64,000 nucleotides of DNA from an uncultured Gammaproteobacteria bacterium (GTDB lineage Bacteria; Patescibacteriota; Microgenomatia; Curtissbacterales; GWA2-41-24), in contig CAZLVB010000001.1 in assembly GCA_964562855.1 (NCBI GenBank), positions 3,614 to 67,613 on the forward strand. Reading direction: 5' to 3'. Positions within the stretch are counted from its first letter, which is position 1, and the number at the start of each line of letters is the position of its first letter. The notes beneath the pieces were generated by a model, which saw nothing but the letters and a program-made list of their open reading frames with translations, did not search any database and was not told the origin of the DNA. The translations under genes were made by a program, and so were the position numbers. Positions 26,509-35,779 of the stretch are shown here, piece after piece.

Positions 26509-28226
26509 TTTTTAAAAACAAATATTGATAGTACTGATATCGACAACAAAGAAATCAAATTACCAAGTGTCCTTATAAGCGTGTTATTAAATTCTAACGA
26601 AATTACGTGAATTCCTTTGGGAACTTCAAAAGTTATTAATTTCAATCGATTGTTATCGTCTATTTTTATTCTCTTCCCATCAACCGCTGCCCCCCAGCCG
26701 GGAAAATTGAATATGTTCGCTTTGACTTGAGCATCGGTTTCGGCTATGGCTGTAAATTCAACACTTGAGGGTGTCTCCTTCAGGTTCTCTACTGTAGCTT
26801 TTCCGTTTATAACTTCTATTTTTTCCTCTGGAGTATCGTCTTTTGTAATTTTAACTATATTAGTCCCTAATTCACTTTTTGTAAGTTCTGCTCCTTTGGG
26901 CAGGTACTCAAAAGAAGATGATGAAACATACCAATTGATTGTTTCAGGAGAAGTTGCAGATTCATCAGTCAGATCTAATCTATACGACTGGGGCTTAAAA
27001 AGTTTTAAATTTACTATTAACAAAATCAAAACTAATATCAGGAATCCGTAAAATCGCAATATGGGTAATCTTAGAAATTCTAAAAAGGTTCCGGCTAAGA
27101 ATGAGCTAAAAAGCGCTGTAAATATCAAGAATCTCCAGGGAAACTGTAAGTACTGAAGAGGTGATATTAAATCCCAAATTGCTTTCGAATAGAAAGTTGT
27201 CATGAAAGCAGAGAAGAGAAAAAGCAGAAAGAAGACGGTTGGCAGTTTAGAGTTGACGGTTGGCAGTTTAGAGATGCCTTTATTTTTTAAAAAAATGACA
27301 AGAGATAAAAGCACTGCAGCAACTGATACTAATACATGGAGTTTCCCAATCTTGAAAGAGATTCCATCTGCAAGACCTGCGGCTGACCCTCCAAAGCCCC
27401 ACATCCAATTCCATAATTGCTGTGGATAGACGAAATGAATTTTGTAATTAGCTAGATTAACCAAAAGCAGGTCATCAACGATTGTAAATTTTTTCTCGAA
27501 AAGTGCCGGTAGCCAAAAAAACGCAGAGAGGCCGAATGAGTAAACAATTGACAATAAACAATTGACAGCTAACGGTTTTTTCTCTGGAGATCTCCAAATC
27601 AGAAACAAAAGATAAAAGGGCAAAATGAACATGAAGGGAAGAAAAATAAGATTGTGGGTAATCATCAAAAACGCCAGAAAGAGTGAAGATAAAACCAGAT
27701 AGATACTTTTGTTGGTTGCCGCCAGTTTGTAGAATGACCAAAGAATCAAAGGCAGCCAGACAAAAGAAAAACTTTCAGCAAGAGCCCCTCTTACATAAAT
27801 ATCTAGAGCCCGATATGGAACTGCCATATAAAATACAGCGCTTGAAAGTGATGGCAGTCTGCCAAAAAATTCTTTGGAGAATATGTACATCGCTATGCCT
27901 GAAGCAAAAATAGATAAGAAAAATACAATTTTTACACTGTTGATAAGCCCGAACCCAACGTTGTGAAAAATATCACCCAAGGCATAAACCAAAGGCGGAT
28001 AGAAAACGAATAGTGGATACCCAAACCCAAAACCCAATCCGTCTACCCATCTTACCGGAAACTGGCCGGATTTTAATGCTTTGTCAAAAACAAACAATCG
28101 GGCTATCTGTTGATCGTCGTGAATAACAAAAAGACCCGGTTTAAAAAGAGGTAGGGACAAAATTATGGACACTAGAAAAATCAAAATCAGAATTACTAAA
28201 TTATTTCTCATTTGGGACAAAAACAT
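26484..28226 (-). CDS. polytopic membrane protein, putative GT-C-type glycosyltransferase (family B paralog)
   Basis: 580 aa; N-terminal HDDQQIARLFVFDKALKSGQFPVRWVDGLGFGFGYPLFVFYPPLVY, the same motif as 11096..12814 and 34100..35710. Confidence 0.5.
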   Translation of the reverse strand: MFLSQMRNNLVILILIFLVSIILSLPLFKPGLFVIHDDQQIARLFVFDKALKSGQFPVRWVDGLGFGFGYPLFVFYPPLVYALGDIFHNVGFGLINSVKIVFFLSIFASGIAMYIFSKEFFGRLPSLSSAVFYMAVPYRALDIYVRGALAESFSFVWLPLILWSFYKLAATNKSIYLVLSSLFLAFLMITHNLIFLPFMFILPFYLLFLIWRSPEKKPLAVNCLLSIVYSFGLSAFFWLPALFEKKFTIVDDLLLVNLANYKIHFVYPQQLWNWMWGFGGSAAGLADGISFKIGKLHVLVSVAAVLLSLVIFLKNKGISKLPTVNSKLPTVFFLLFLFSAFMTTFYSKAIWDLISPLQYLQFPWRFLIFTALFSSFLAGTFLEFLRLPILRFYGFLILVLILLIVNLKLFKPQSYRLDLTDESATSPETINWYVSSSSFEYLPKGAELTKSELGTNIVKITKDDTPEEKIEVINGKATVENLKETPSSVEFTAIAETDAQVKANIFNFPGWGAAVDGKRIKIDDNNRLKLITFEVPKGIHVISLEFNNTLIRTLGNLISLLSISVLSIFVFKKWQTLKTN

Positions 28227-29634
28227 AAACCGGGAGATTAAACCCTTTCTGAAAATCTCTAATCAATTCATACTTATTATAGTAGATAAAAAGAGTAGAA
28301 TCATCGTAAATAGCTCTTGCGAAATCATGGCCGGAAAGAGCCTGTTTTTCCCAGTGACTATTAAGAGAGTATAAAATTGTCGAATTCGACCTTGGTTTTG
28401 AGAAGCTCTTTTTTAGATTAGCGTTCGCATCGAATGCAGTCTTTTGTGCACCAATCATCCATGAATTCGATCTGTAAAACGAAACTGTTGTATGGGAGGT
28501 AATTACCCAGATTAATAAAATAGGCACAAATAGAATCGTCACCCGACTAGTAATAACGAGATAGGCTATTAAAAAATAAACACCTACGGACGCTAGCGTT
28601 AAGTACATTGTGAAAGTATGGTTGGGTAAAACGAGTACTGGCAAAATGCCGACAAAAAACCAGAAGATAGAAAATATCAATATGCGAATATTAAGAAGCA
28701 ATCTCTGCTTAAAAATAAAGACTAGGGGAACGACTACTCCTAAGGCTAAAATCCAGAGAGTGCCTATAAAACTCTTGGCTGTGAGCCACCAATAATCAAG
28801 TAAAAATTTGTTATTAAAAAAGATCAAGTTATCAATTATCTGCTTTTTAAACTCTTCAGGAATATTGAATGACCAGAGTATATACCAGAAAAATGCTTTT
28901 GCCGACTCGAAATTTAACACAACTTTATATTCCAAAATATTTGGTACTTTAATTAGAAGTAATCTTAAAAGCAGGTAAGTAATCGTGATTAAAATGAATG
29001 GTAGAAATTTTACTAATGATCTTATAAGAGTATGTTTTTTTACGAAGAAGTAGTAAAAACCAATGATTACCGGCCAGGTTACTGAGAATTCGTAAGAACC
29101 GATAGTTATTAGAAAACTGCCAATAGTTAGTAAATAATATCTTTTTGCTCCGGTTTCCTCGTGTTTCAAAAAAAGTAAGGCAGTTGAAAGCCAAAAGAAT
29201 GTTCCAATAATATTGTATGCTGCTGCAATCCATGTGATCGACATGAAGTGAATCGAGGAGGTGAGCCAAAGTGAACCTGCAAAAAGACCAATTCGATCAT
29301 CCGAAGTAACTTTGTTTACCACTTTTACAATTAAAAAAAATGTCAAAAAGAACAATAGAAAAGTAATTAATCTATATCCAACGGGGTTTAATCCGAATAT
29401 TGAGTATGAGATAAAAAAATAATTTTGGAGACTAACTGGCCTGTATGCAATTATATCGCTTCTGAATTTAAAAAAACTTAAATATTCTGAAAGATTGCTT
29501 GCCTTAGAGATATTAATCTCAAAAAAATCATCCTGAAAGAAATAATAATCAAGACTTTGTCGGTAAAGTAAAAAAGCAATTGCGAAAAAAATGAGTATTA
29601 TAGAAAAAAATTTAAGCCTAGTTGAAGATATCAT
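28201..29634 (-). CDS. polytopic membrane protein (unnamed family D)
   Basis: 477 aa; YYFFQDDFFE motif. Tandem paralog of 29635..31137. Confidence 0.45.
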   Translation of the reverse strand: MISSTRLKFFSIILIFFAIAFLLYRQSLDYYFFQDDFFEINISKASNLSEYLSFFKFRSDIIAYRPVSLQNYFFISYSIFGLNPVGYRLITFLLFFLTFFLIVKVVNKVTSDDRIGLFAGSLWLTSSIHFMSITWIAAAYNIIGTFFWLSTALLFLKHEETGAKRYYLLTIGSFLITIGSYEFSVTWPVIIGFYYFFVKKHTLIRSLVKFLPFILITITYLLLRLLLIKVPNILEYKVVLNFESAKAFFWYILWSFNIPEEFKKQIIDNLIFFNNKFLLDYWWLTAKSFIGTLWILALGVVVPLVFIFKQRLLLNIRILIFSIFWFFVGILPVLVLPNHTFTMYLTLASVGVYFLIAYLVITSRVTILFVPILLIWVITSHTTVSFYRSNSWMIGAQKTAFDANANLKKSFSKPRSNSTILYSLNSHWEKQALSGHDFARAIYDDSTLFIYYNKYELIRDFQKGFNLPVYVFVPNEK

Positions 29635-31137
29635 CTAATATTTTAACGTTGGGGAAATCTCATAAAATTGGGACTGCTTTGGCAAGTCTACTCTTTCAAG
29701 AAAATTTGCGTAAAAACTTTTTAGACTAGAATCATTATAAATTACTTGCATTGCATCATTGTAATTTAACGTCTGCCTAACTGTGCTTATATCCTTCAGT
29801 GAAAATTTATGCCGGACATTGAAATCAAGATCGCCAGGCCTGAAAAGGAAGACTGCTCCGCCTTGGGGATTTGTTACGGTCTTTTTAGTAAAGTCAACGT
29901 AGGCTTTTGAAATCGCCTGCTCGTTCCTCACCCAATGAGTAGCCCGTGTAAATCTAAAATTGTAAAAGGCTACCCATATCCATAAAACCAAAAGAGCAAA
30001 CAGATAAAGATGTGGCGCCTTTTTTATCGATTGTAAAATTATTAATATTAATCCGATGCCCGCAAAACCAAGATATATCGGGTAAGAATGATTTACTAAA
30101 GGCAAAACAGGAGCAAGACCTAATACCAAGAAAACACAACACCATGAATAGAATTTGATATTGCCATTTAAGGTTTTGAGAAATAGTTTTAATAAAACGA
30201 GAAAAAGAAGAGAAACCCCAAGTGAAATTTGCCAGAATTGGGTTATGACTTTAATCGACTGGGCAAGCTGGCTGGGAAAAATTAAAGATTTAAAGCTTTC
30301 GGGGAAACCTAACGCCCAAAAAATGTACCAAAAGAGATTATTCACTATTTGAAAATTTATACTCAAAGCATAATCCCCTTTTGCCGGTATAGGGAACATC
30401 AAAAATCTCAAAATTAGGTAAAAAATATCGATCAATAAAAATGGTAAAAGATACTTAAAAAACTTCATTTTCCCGTTAATTGCAAGATACACAAACATTA
30501 TCAGGGGCAAAACTAGGGTTAATTCCGAAGAAGCCATTGCAAGAGCAAAAAAAATAAGACTTACCCAAAAATTAGAAATTTTTTTATATTTCAGTAGTCT
30601 CAGAAGAAAAATCAGAGATAATACCTGAAAAAGAGGCCCGATAATATAAGAGGTTGTCGACAGCCAACTTAAGCTAACGAAATGAACGGGCCAGGTTGCA
30701 TAAAGAAAAGCACCTATAATTGCTAGCCTGCGGTTTAGAGTAAGCAATGAAAATAGATGGTAGACTGCAACAATGAGAAGTAGAAATATTAAAAAAGAAG
30801 TAAGATGGAATCCTTGCGGGTTGAGCCCAAACAACAAATAGTTAAATTTAAAAAAAATGGGCATGGAAAGCGGCCGCCAGTAAATAATGTCTGTTCTAAA
30901 CTCAAAAAAAGAAGCAAGACTCCCCGTCCTTATCCAATTTAGAACAAACCAGTCGTCCTGAAAAAAATAGTAATTGAGACTTTGATAAAAGAAGAAAAAG
31001 CTAATGGAACAAATGGATAACAAAAAAATCTGTACTTTTAGATTCCTTAGAAATTTAATTGCTCTTTGGGAACCCATGCAGTTTTTTGTTGAGGCCCCAA
31101 AAATACCACTTAAGATATTTTGGCAACCATTTTGCAA
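29635..31137 (-). CDS. polytopic membrane protein (family D paralog)
   Basis: 500 aa; YYFFQDDWFVLN motif. Start probably at an internal Met near 31077. Confidence 0.45.
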   Translation of the reverse strand: MQNGCQNILSGIFGASTKNCMGSQRAIKFLRNLKVQIFLLSICSISFFFFYQSLNYYFFQDDWFVLNWIRTGSLASFFEFRTDIIYWRPLSMPIFFKFNYLLFGLNPQGFHLTSFLIFLLLIVAVYHLFSLLTLNRRLAIIGAFLYATWPVHFVSLSWLSTTSYIIGPLFQVLSLIFLLRLLKYKKISNFWVSLIFFALAMASSELTLVLPLIMFVYLAINGKMKFFKYLLPFLLIDIFYLILRFLMFPIPAKGDYALSINFQIVNNLFWYIFWALGFPESFKSLIFPSQLAQSIKVITQFWQISLGVSLLFLVLLKLFLKTLNGNIKFYSWCCVFLVLGLAPVLPLVNHSYPIYLGFAGIGLILIILQSIKKAPHLYLFALLVLWIWVAFYNFRFTRATHWVRNEQAISKAYVDFTKKTVTNPQGGAVFLFRPGDLDFNVRHKFSLKDISTVRQTLNYNDAMQVIYNDSSLKSFYANFLERVDLPKQSQFYEISPTLKY

Positions 31138-31852
31138 GATAAAAACGGGATTCTTTAGTCAAATATGTCCAGGTAGTCGGTACTTCAGTTACTCTAAATC
31201 CCGAAAAATGCGCTTTTACTGTTAATTCGATTGCTAGTTCAAATCCACCGTCTGACTCTATCTTTATTTTTTGTAAAAATCTTTTGGAATAAAGTCGAAA
31301 AGAATTTGTGGCATCGTGAGTCGGTAGCCCCACTAAATAATGGAGGCTGATGCCAGCAATTCTGGAGAGAATTTGTTTGACAACCGGCCCCCCAATTTGA
31401 TGTCCTCCTTCCATGTAACGCGATGCCGCGATTACATCGAAGCCTTGATTAAACTTTTCCATCATTGTGTTTAGAACTTTTGGATCATCGGTTAAATCTG
31501 CCATCATTACACAAACAGCATTTCCTTTGGCTTTCGCAAGTCCTGTCTTCAGAGCATTTAGCGCTCCCCTGCCATATGTGTTTTTAACAAGCTTTACGTT
31601 CGGAAATCTTTTTTGAAATTTTTTTACTGGAGAAATGGTAGTATCCTCATTCATATCATAGATTATTAGCAATTCATGGGGAATTTCGACTGATGTTTCA
31701 ACTCTTTTTATGGTCTGCCTTATCACTTTGCCTTCATTGTAAACGGGCATGACGATTGATAATCTCACGATTCTCATTTTAAACAGCGTTTTGAATGGAG
31801 TCAAAGAAAGAGTTTGGTTATATATCGCGCCATTTGGCCTCGAAGATTTCAC
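31055..31852 (-). CDS. GT2 polyprenyl/dolichyl-phosphate mannose (or glucose) synthase-like
   Basis: LSIVMPVYNEGKVI motif and DPM1-like soluble GT2 body. Likely start at an internal Met (MRIVRLSIVMPVYNE), about 31777. Confidence 0.65.
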   Translation of the reverse strand: MKSSRPNGAIYNQTLSLTPFKTLFKMRIVRLSIVMPVYNEGKVIRQTIKRVETSVEIPHELLIIYDMNEDTTISPVKKFQKRFPNVKLVKNTYGRGALNALKTGLAKAKGNAVCVMMADLTDDPKVLNTMMEKFNQGFDVIAASRYMEGGHQIGGPVVKQILSRIAGISLHYLVGLPTHDATNSFRLYSKRFLQKIKIESDGGFELAIELTVKAHFSGFRVTEVPTTWTYLTKESRFYLAKWLPKYLKWYFWGLNKKLHGFPKSN

Positions 31853-33146
31853 CCAAGCCCTCTACCGGTCGTTTAGCGAGATGATTTTCGAGAGATTTGA
31901 TAGTAAAGATGATTTTATTGGTTCTGAAAACGTTCCAAACGTCGCAAACTACACAGGTTTTGGAAACAAGCTTTCTGACTTTGGTTATATCCATCTTTTT
32001 ATAGAAGTCGTGATTGGTGGCAAGAAAAATCAAGTCGGCACCTTTTAGGGTTTCTGAGAGGTCTTTTTGGTAGCCGGCAACATAAGGGTCATGCAAGAAA
32101 ACTCTGGCCCTCTCACGCTCCAGGGCTTTTTTGACTTTGAAGGCCAGCGATTCGCGAATATCGTCTATTTCTGCTTTAAAAGCCAAACCTAAAATTACTG
32201 CCTTTTTACCCTGAAGCCTAGTACGTTCTCTAACTTTCTTGATCAAGAACAAAGGAATTGATTCGTTTATTTTCCAACTGGTAGCAATTAAATCTGCAAA
32301 GGGCACGTCGCCTATCAGAAAGAATCCGTCTTTAAAAAGACAAGGGCCGCCTGTTAAACCTGGCAGGGCCAGTCCCCCTCTTTTGTAGTTTCTATTCACC
32401 AAATCTACTATTTTGTAAATGTCTCTGTGATTGTTTCCGGCCAAAATCATAAACTCGTTGGCTATTGCAAAGTTGATATAACGATACATGTTAGTAAAAA
32501 GTTTTGCTAACTCCGCTGAAACCGAATCTGAAGTATTTACTTCAATTCCCAGATTTTTGAAGAAATCTGCGGCCTTTTGAGCAGAATTTCTCTCGGCTCC
32601 TCCGATTATTTGAGGAATTTCGGCAAGTTCGGCCAATGAGCGTCCCTCCGCAATCCTCTCCGGACAAAATGCCAGATAAAAATTTTGGCCAACTTTAAAG
32701 CCCTCCTCTTCAAGATACGCCTTGACATAATCAGTTGTACCAGGCGAGACTGTTGATCTAAGTATTAAAAGCTGCCCTTTTTTAAGGTATGGGCGTGCTA
32801 CTGCCAGGGCTTTGTCAATTTGCACGAGCGAGGGATTCATGTTTTCGTCAACCGGGGTTCCGAGGGTGAGAATTATGACACGGACTTTGGCAATGTTTGA
32901 AAAATCCGTGGTGACTTTAAATGACTTGCCTATATATTTCTCCAAAAGCTGTTGAGACCCCTCTTCTATAAAAGGCATTCGCATGCGGGAGAGCAGATTA
33001 ATCTTTTGGGAGTCTACATCTATGCCATATACGCTATGACCCTTGTCTGCCAAAAATAGGGCCAGCGGTAAACCGACTCTACCGACACCGACAACAGCTA
33101 CCGGCGGTTTTAAATTTTTCCTTGCTCTTTTTGGGTTTTTAGCCAA
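31818..33146 (-). CDS. nucleotide-sugar dehydrogenase (UDP-glucose/GDP-mannose dehydrogenase family; WecC/WbpA-like)
   Basis: 442 aa; N-terminal Rossmann VAVVGVGRVGLPLALFLADKGHSV; catalytic Cys region GGPCLFKD. Confidence 0.65.
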   Translation of the reverse strand: MAKNPKRARKNLKPPVAVVGVGRVGLPLALFLADKGHSVYGIDVDSQKINLLSRMRMPFIEEGSQQLLEKYIGKSFKVTTDFSNIAKVRVIILTLGTPVDENMNPSLVQIDKALAVARPYLKKGQLLILRSTVSPGTTDYVKAYLEEEGFKVGQNFYLAFCPERIAEGRSLAELAEIPQIIGGAERNSAQKAADFFKNLGIEVNTSDSVSAELAKLFTNMYRYINFAIANEFMILAGNNHRDIYKIVDLVNRNYKRGGLALPGLTGGPCLFKDGFFLIGDVPFADLIATSWKINESIPLFLIKKVRERTRLQGKKAVILGLAFKAEIDDIRESLAFKVKKALERERARVFLHDPYVAGYQKDLSETLKGADLIFLATNHDFYKKMDITKVRKLVSKTCVVCDVWNVFRTNKIIFTIKSLENHLAKRPVEGLGEIFEAKWRDI

Positions 33147-34081
33147 TGAACTACCTCCTTTAGTCCAGTTTCAAATTTTACTTCCGGTTGCCAGTTTATC
33201 ATCTTTTTTATTTTAGTAATATCCGGTACTCGTCTTTTGATATCGAACTGGAATCCTCTTACATATTTAACTCTAAGTGATTTTTTAATACCCATAATTC
33301 TCCACAGCAGTTTTGCCAGATAGATCATTTTTATTTCCTCATCACTACCTATGTTGAAGGTTTGATTTTCCCCTTTGTCGCTAAGAGCAACCTGGATAAC
33401 GCCATTTGCGATATCTGAAACATGAGTAAAGCATCTAGTCTGCTGGCCATCTCCCAGGAGTTCCAATGGGTACTGTCCGTTAAGAATTTTGCGCACTAAA
33501 TCCGGTATGACATGAGCATAGCCGACCTCTCTTTCCGGAAATTCGTTTATGCCATACGCATTAAATGGTCTGCATATCGAATAAGGCAATTTGTATTGAT
33601 CCCAAAAGGCATGGCAATACCATTCGCCTATCAACTTCGAAAAACCATATGACGTTACTGGCGGTGGAATTCTTTTGATATCATCCTCTTTCGAGGGAAA
33701 AGATTTGGTCGACTCGAAAACCATGGACGACGAAATATAAACTATTCTTTTGACTTTACTTTTGGCCGCTGCCTCGAAAGTGGAACTGTAAATTTTGTTG
33801 TTTTCAGAAAGAATAGTTGCCGGATATTTATGAAAATAACCGATTCCGCCTATTTTGGCGGCTGCGTTTATAACTATATCTATACCTTTAAAGATCTCAG
33901 AAGTGTTATTAGTATTTGTCAGGTCGACTTTTTTAAAATCCGCCCGCTTGTCAACAGAAGCGTCTTTCTTGGAAAGATCATCAGCAATTCTGACATAGAA
34001 ATTGCGCTCTAGAAGTTGTTTGACTATCTCGCTTCCGATAAAGCCGGCGCCTCCTGTAACCATAAATTTAATTTTGTTCAT
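33110..34081 (-). CDS. NAD-dependent sugar epimerase/dehydratase (SDR family)
   Basis: 323 aa; MVTGGAGFIGSEIV Rossmann motif; YxxxK present in YGFSKLIGE. Confidence 0.65.
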   Translation of the reverse strand: MNKIKFMVTGGAGFIGSEIVKQLLERNFYVRIADDLSKKDASVDKRADFKKVDLTNTNNTSEIFKGIDIVINAAAKIGGIGYFHKYPATILSENNKIYSSTFEAAAKSKVKRIVYISSSMVFESTKSFPSKEDDIKRIPPPVTSYGFSKLIGEWYCHAFWDQYKLPYSICRPFNAYGINEFPEREVGYAHVIPDLVRKILNGQYPLELLGDGQQTRCFTHVSDIANGVIQVALSDKGENQTFNIGSDEEIKMIYLAKLLWRIMGIKKSLRVKYVRGFQFDIKRRVPDITKIKKMINWQPEVKFETGLKEVVHWLKTQKEQGKI

Positions 34082-34099
34082 TTGTCAGATGAATTTAGG

Positions 34100-35710
34100 C
34101 TATCTATTTTGATCCCTTCTTAACCATAAACGATACCCGCTAAGTGCTACAATCAATATCGCAATGAGGGAAATATACTCGCTAAATCTGTGCATTGGTG
34201 AACGAGTGTAATTGATTATAACTTCATGAACCCCAGGTGACAACTTAAAAGTGATAAGTCCCGAATTGTTTACATAATCAATTGGGATTTTTTGACCTTC
34301 TGATTTAACCTGCCAACCGGGAAAATAGATTGTATTTACCTTGACTTGCGACTCACCTGAACTTTCTATTCTTACCCGATATCGACTATGTTTGATAGTC
34401 GACTCTAGAATCTTTGCGTTCCCTTGCACTATTTCAATTTTGTCCGTCGCACGCTTTTGAGGTTTTTCTTTCACCCATAATGGGAGATATTCATCTTGAA
34501 CTGTTGTTGAGTCTTCGTTGGTTGTATAAAAACCGTCTCCCCTATTTACAAACGCAGAAGGTTTTGTATAGAAAATAGTTGAAATGATTGCTGCTGCAAC
34601 AATCAATAAGACGGCAACTCGCGGTTTCTTGATATTCTGAATAATAAATGCAGAAAAAAAGGCAGAGGCAAAAACTGTTACCGACAAAAGCCTCCACGGA
34701 AATTGAATAACATCTACATAGGGGATTTTCTGCCAGATTATTAATGACGGTTTGGTCATTAAGAAGATGCTGATGGCAACAACTATCAGCATAAAATCCA
34801 CAACATGATTTCTATTTTTTTTGGCAAACCTCAGAAAGATCGCTGAAACAATCACTGCCTGTGATACAAGGCCGAGTTGAGGTGAAAATCCGCCTATACC
34901 GGGTCTTGGCCCGTAACCCCAGGTCGGAATAATCAGGTGTTTAATATTAACGAGATGGTCCGATATATTAGCAACTTTTATTTGAGAGGCGCGTACATAT
35001 TGAAGATCGTAAAGCGCAGGTAACCAGAAAAAGGCCGAGACTAAAGCTCCTCCAAGAAACGCAGCCGAAATATGCAATCTTTTTTTGGGTAATGACAAAA
35101 GTGAAATTATCCATAAAAGCGATACAAATATAACAGCAATCACATTATGTGAAAGAATTAAAAGAGCAATAACGATCGTCAAGATTGGTAAAAAAAAATT
35201 TTTACCCTCTTTTATTTTGAAAAGACTGCCAAGAATAAGCGGAATAAACAAAAAAGCAAGATTCTCCCCAATTGAGCCCCTAACATAAAGGTCAACGAAG
35301 CGATACGGAACAAAAAGGTATAAGACAGCGCCGGTAAAGGCAGCATATTTAGTAAAAACTTGAGAAAGTGCCCAGTACATGGCAATGGAGGAAGCAATTG
35401 TAGAAACAGCAAAAATTATTTTGACACTATCGACAAAACTTACGCCTAAAAGTTTCGGCACTTCGGACAAGTAAAACGGCAACGGATAGAGAAAATTCAA
35501 AACCGGATAGCCGAAATTGCCGTTAAGTCTATCAACAAATCGTACGGGAAACTGACCGTCGACAAGCGTTTGATGAAAAGCAGTAAATCGAATTACCATC
35601 CATTCGCCGTCATGACTTTCGAAATAGCCCTTTTTAAAAAACGGCCAGACGGCAATAAGTGACAGCAAAATTACTAAAATCAGGTAAGAATACTTCTTTG
35701 TAATAATCAT
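34100..35710 (-). CDS. polytopic membrane protein, putative GT-C-type glycosyltransferase (family B paralog)
   Basis: 536 aa; HDGEWMVIRFTAFHQTLVDGQFPVRFVDRLNGNFGYPVLNFLYPLPFY. Confidence 0.5.
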   Translation of the reverse strand: MIITKKYSYLILVILLSLIAVWPFFKKGYFESHDGEWMVIRFTAFHQTLVDGQFPVRFVDRLNGNFGYPVLNFLYPLPFYLSEVPKLLGVSFVDSVKIIFAVSTIASSIAMYWALSQVFTKYAAFTGAVLYLFVPYRFVDLYVRGSIGENLAFLFIPLILGSLFKIKEGKNFFLPILTIVIALLILSHNVIAVIFVSLLWIISLLSLPKKRLHISAAFLGGALVSAFFWLPALYDLQYVRASQIKVANISDHLVNIKHLIIPTWGYGPRPGIGGFSPQLGLVSQAVIVSAIFLRFAKKNRNHVVDFMLIVVAISIFLMTKPSLIIWQKIPYVDVIQFPWRLLSVTVFASAFFSAFIIQNIKKPRVAVLLIVAAAIISTIFYTKPSAFVNRGDGFYTTNEDSTTVQDEYLPLWVKEKPQKRATDKIEIVQGNAKILESTIKHSRYRVRIESSGESQVKVNTIYFPGWQVKSEGQKIPIDYVNNSGLITFKLSPGVHEVIINYTRSPMHRFSEYISLIAILIVALSGYRLWLRRDQNR

Positions 35711-35779
35711 TTCTATGTTTTGTCAGCTTTCCACTTCGGTTATTTAAATAATTAAAGTGAGTTTAAAAGCCTACGTTAT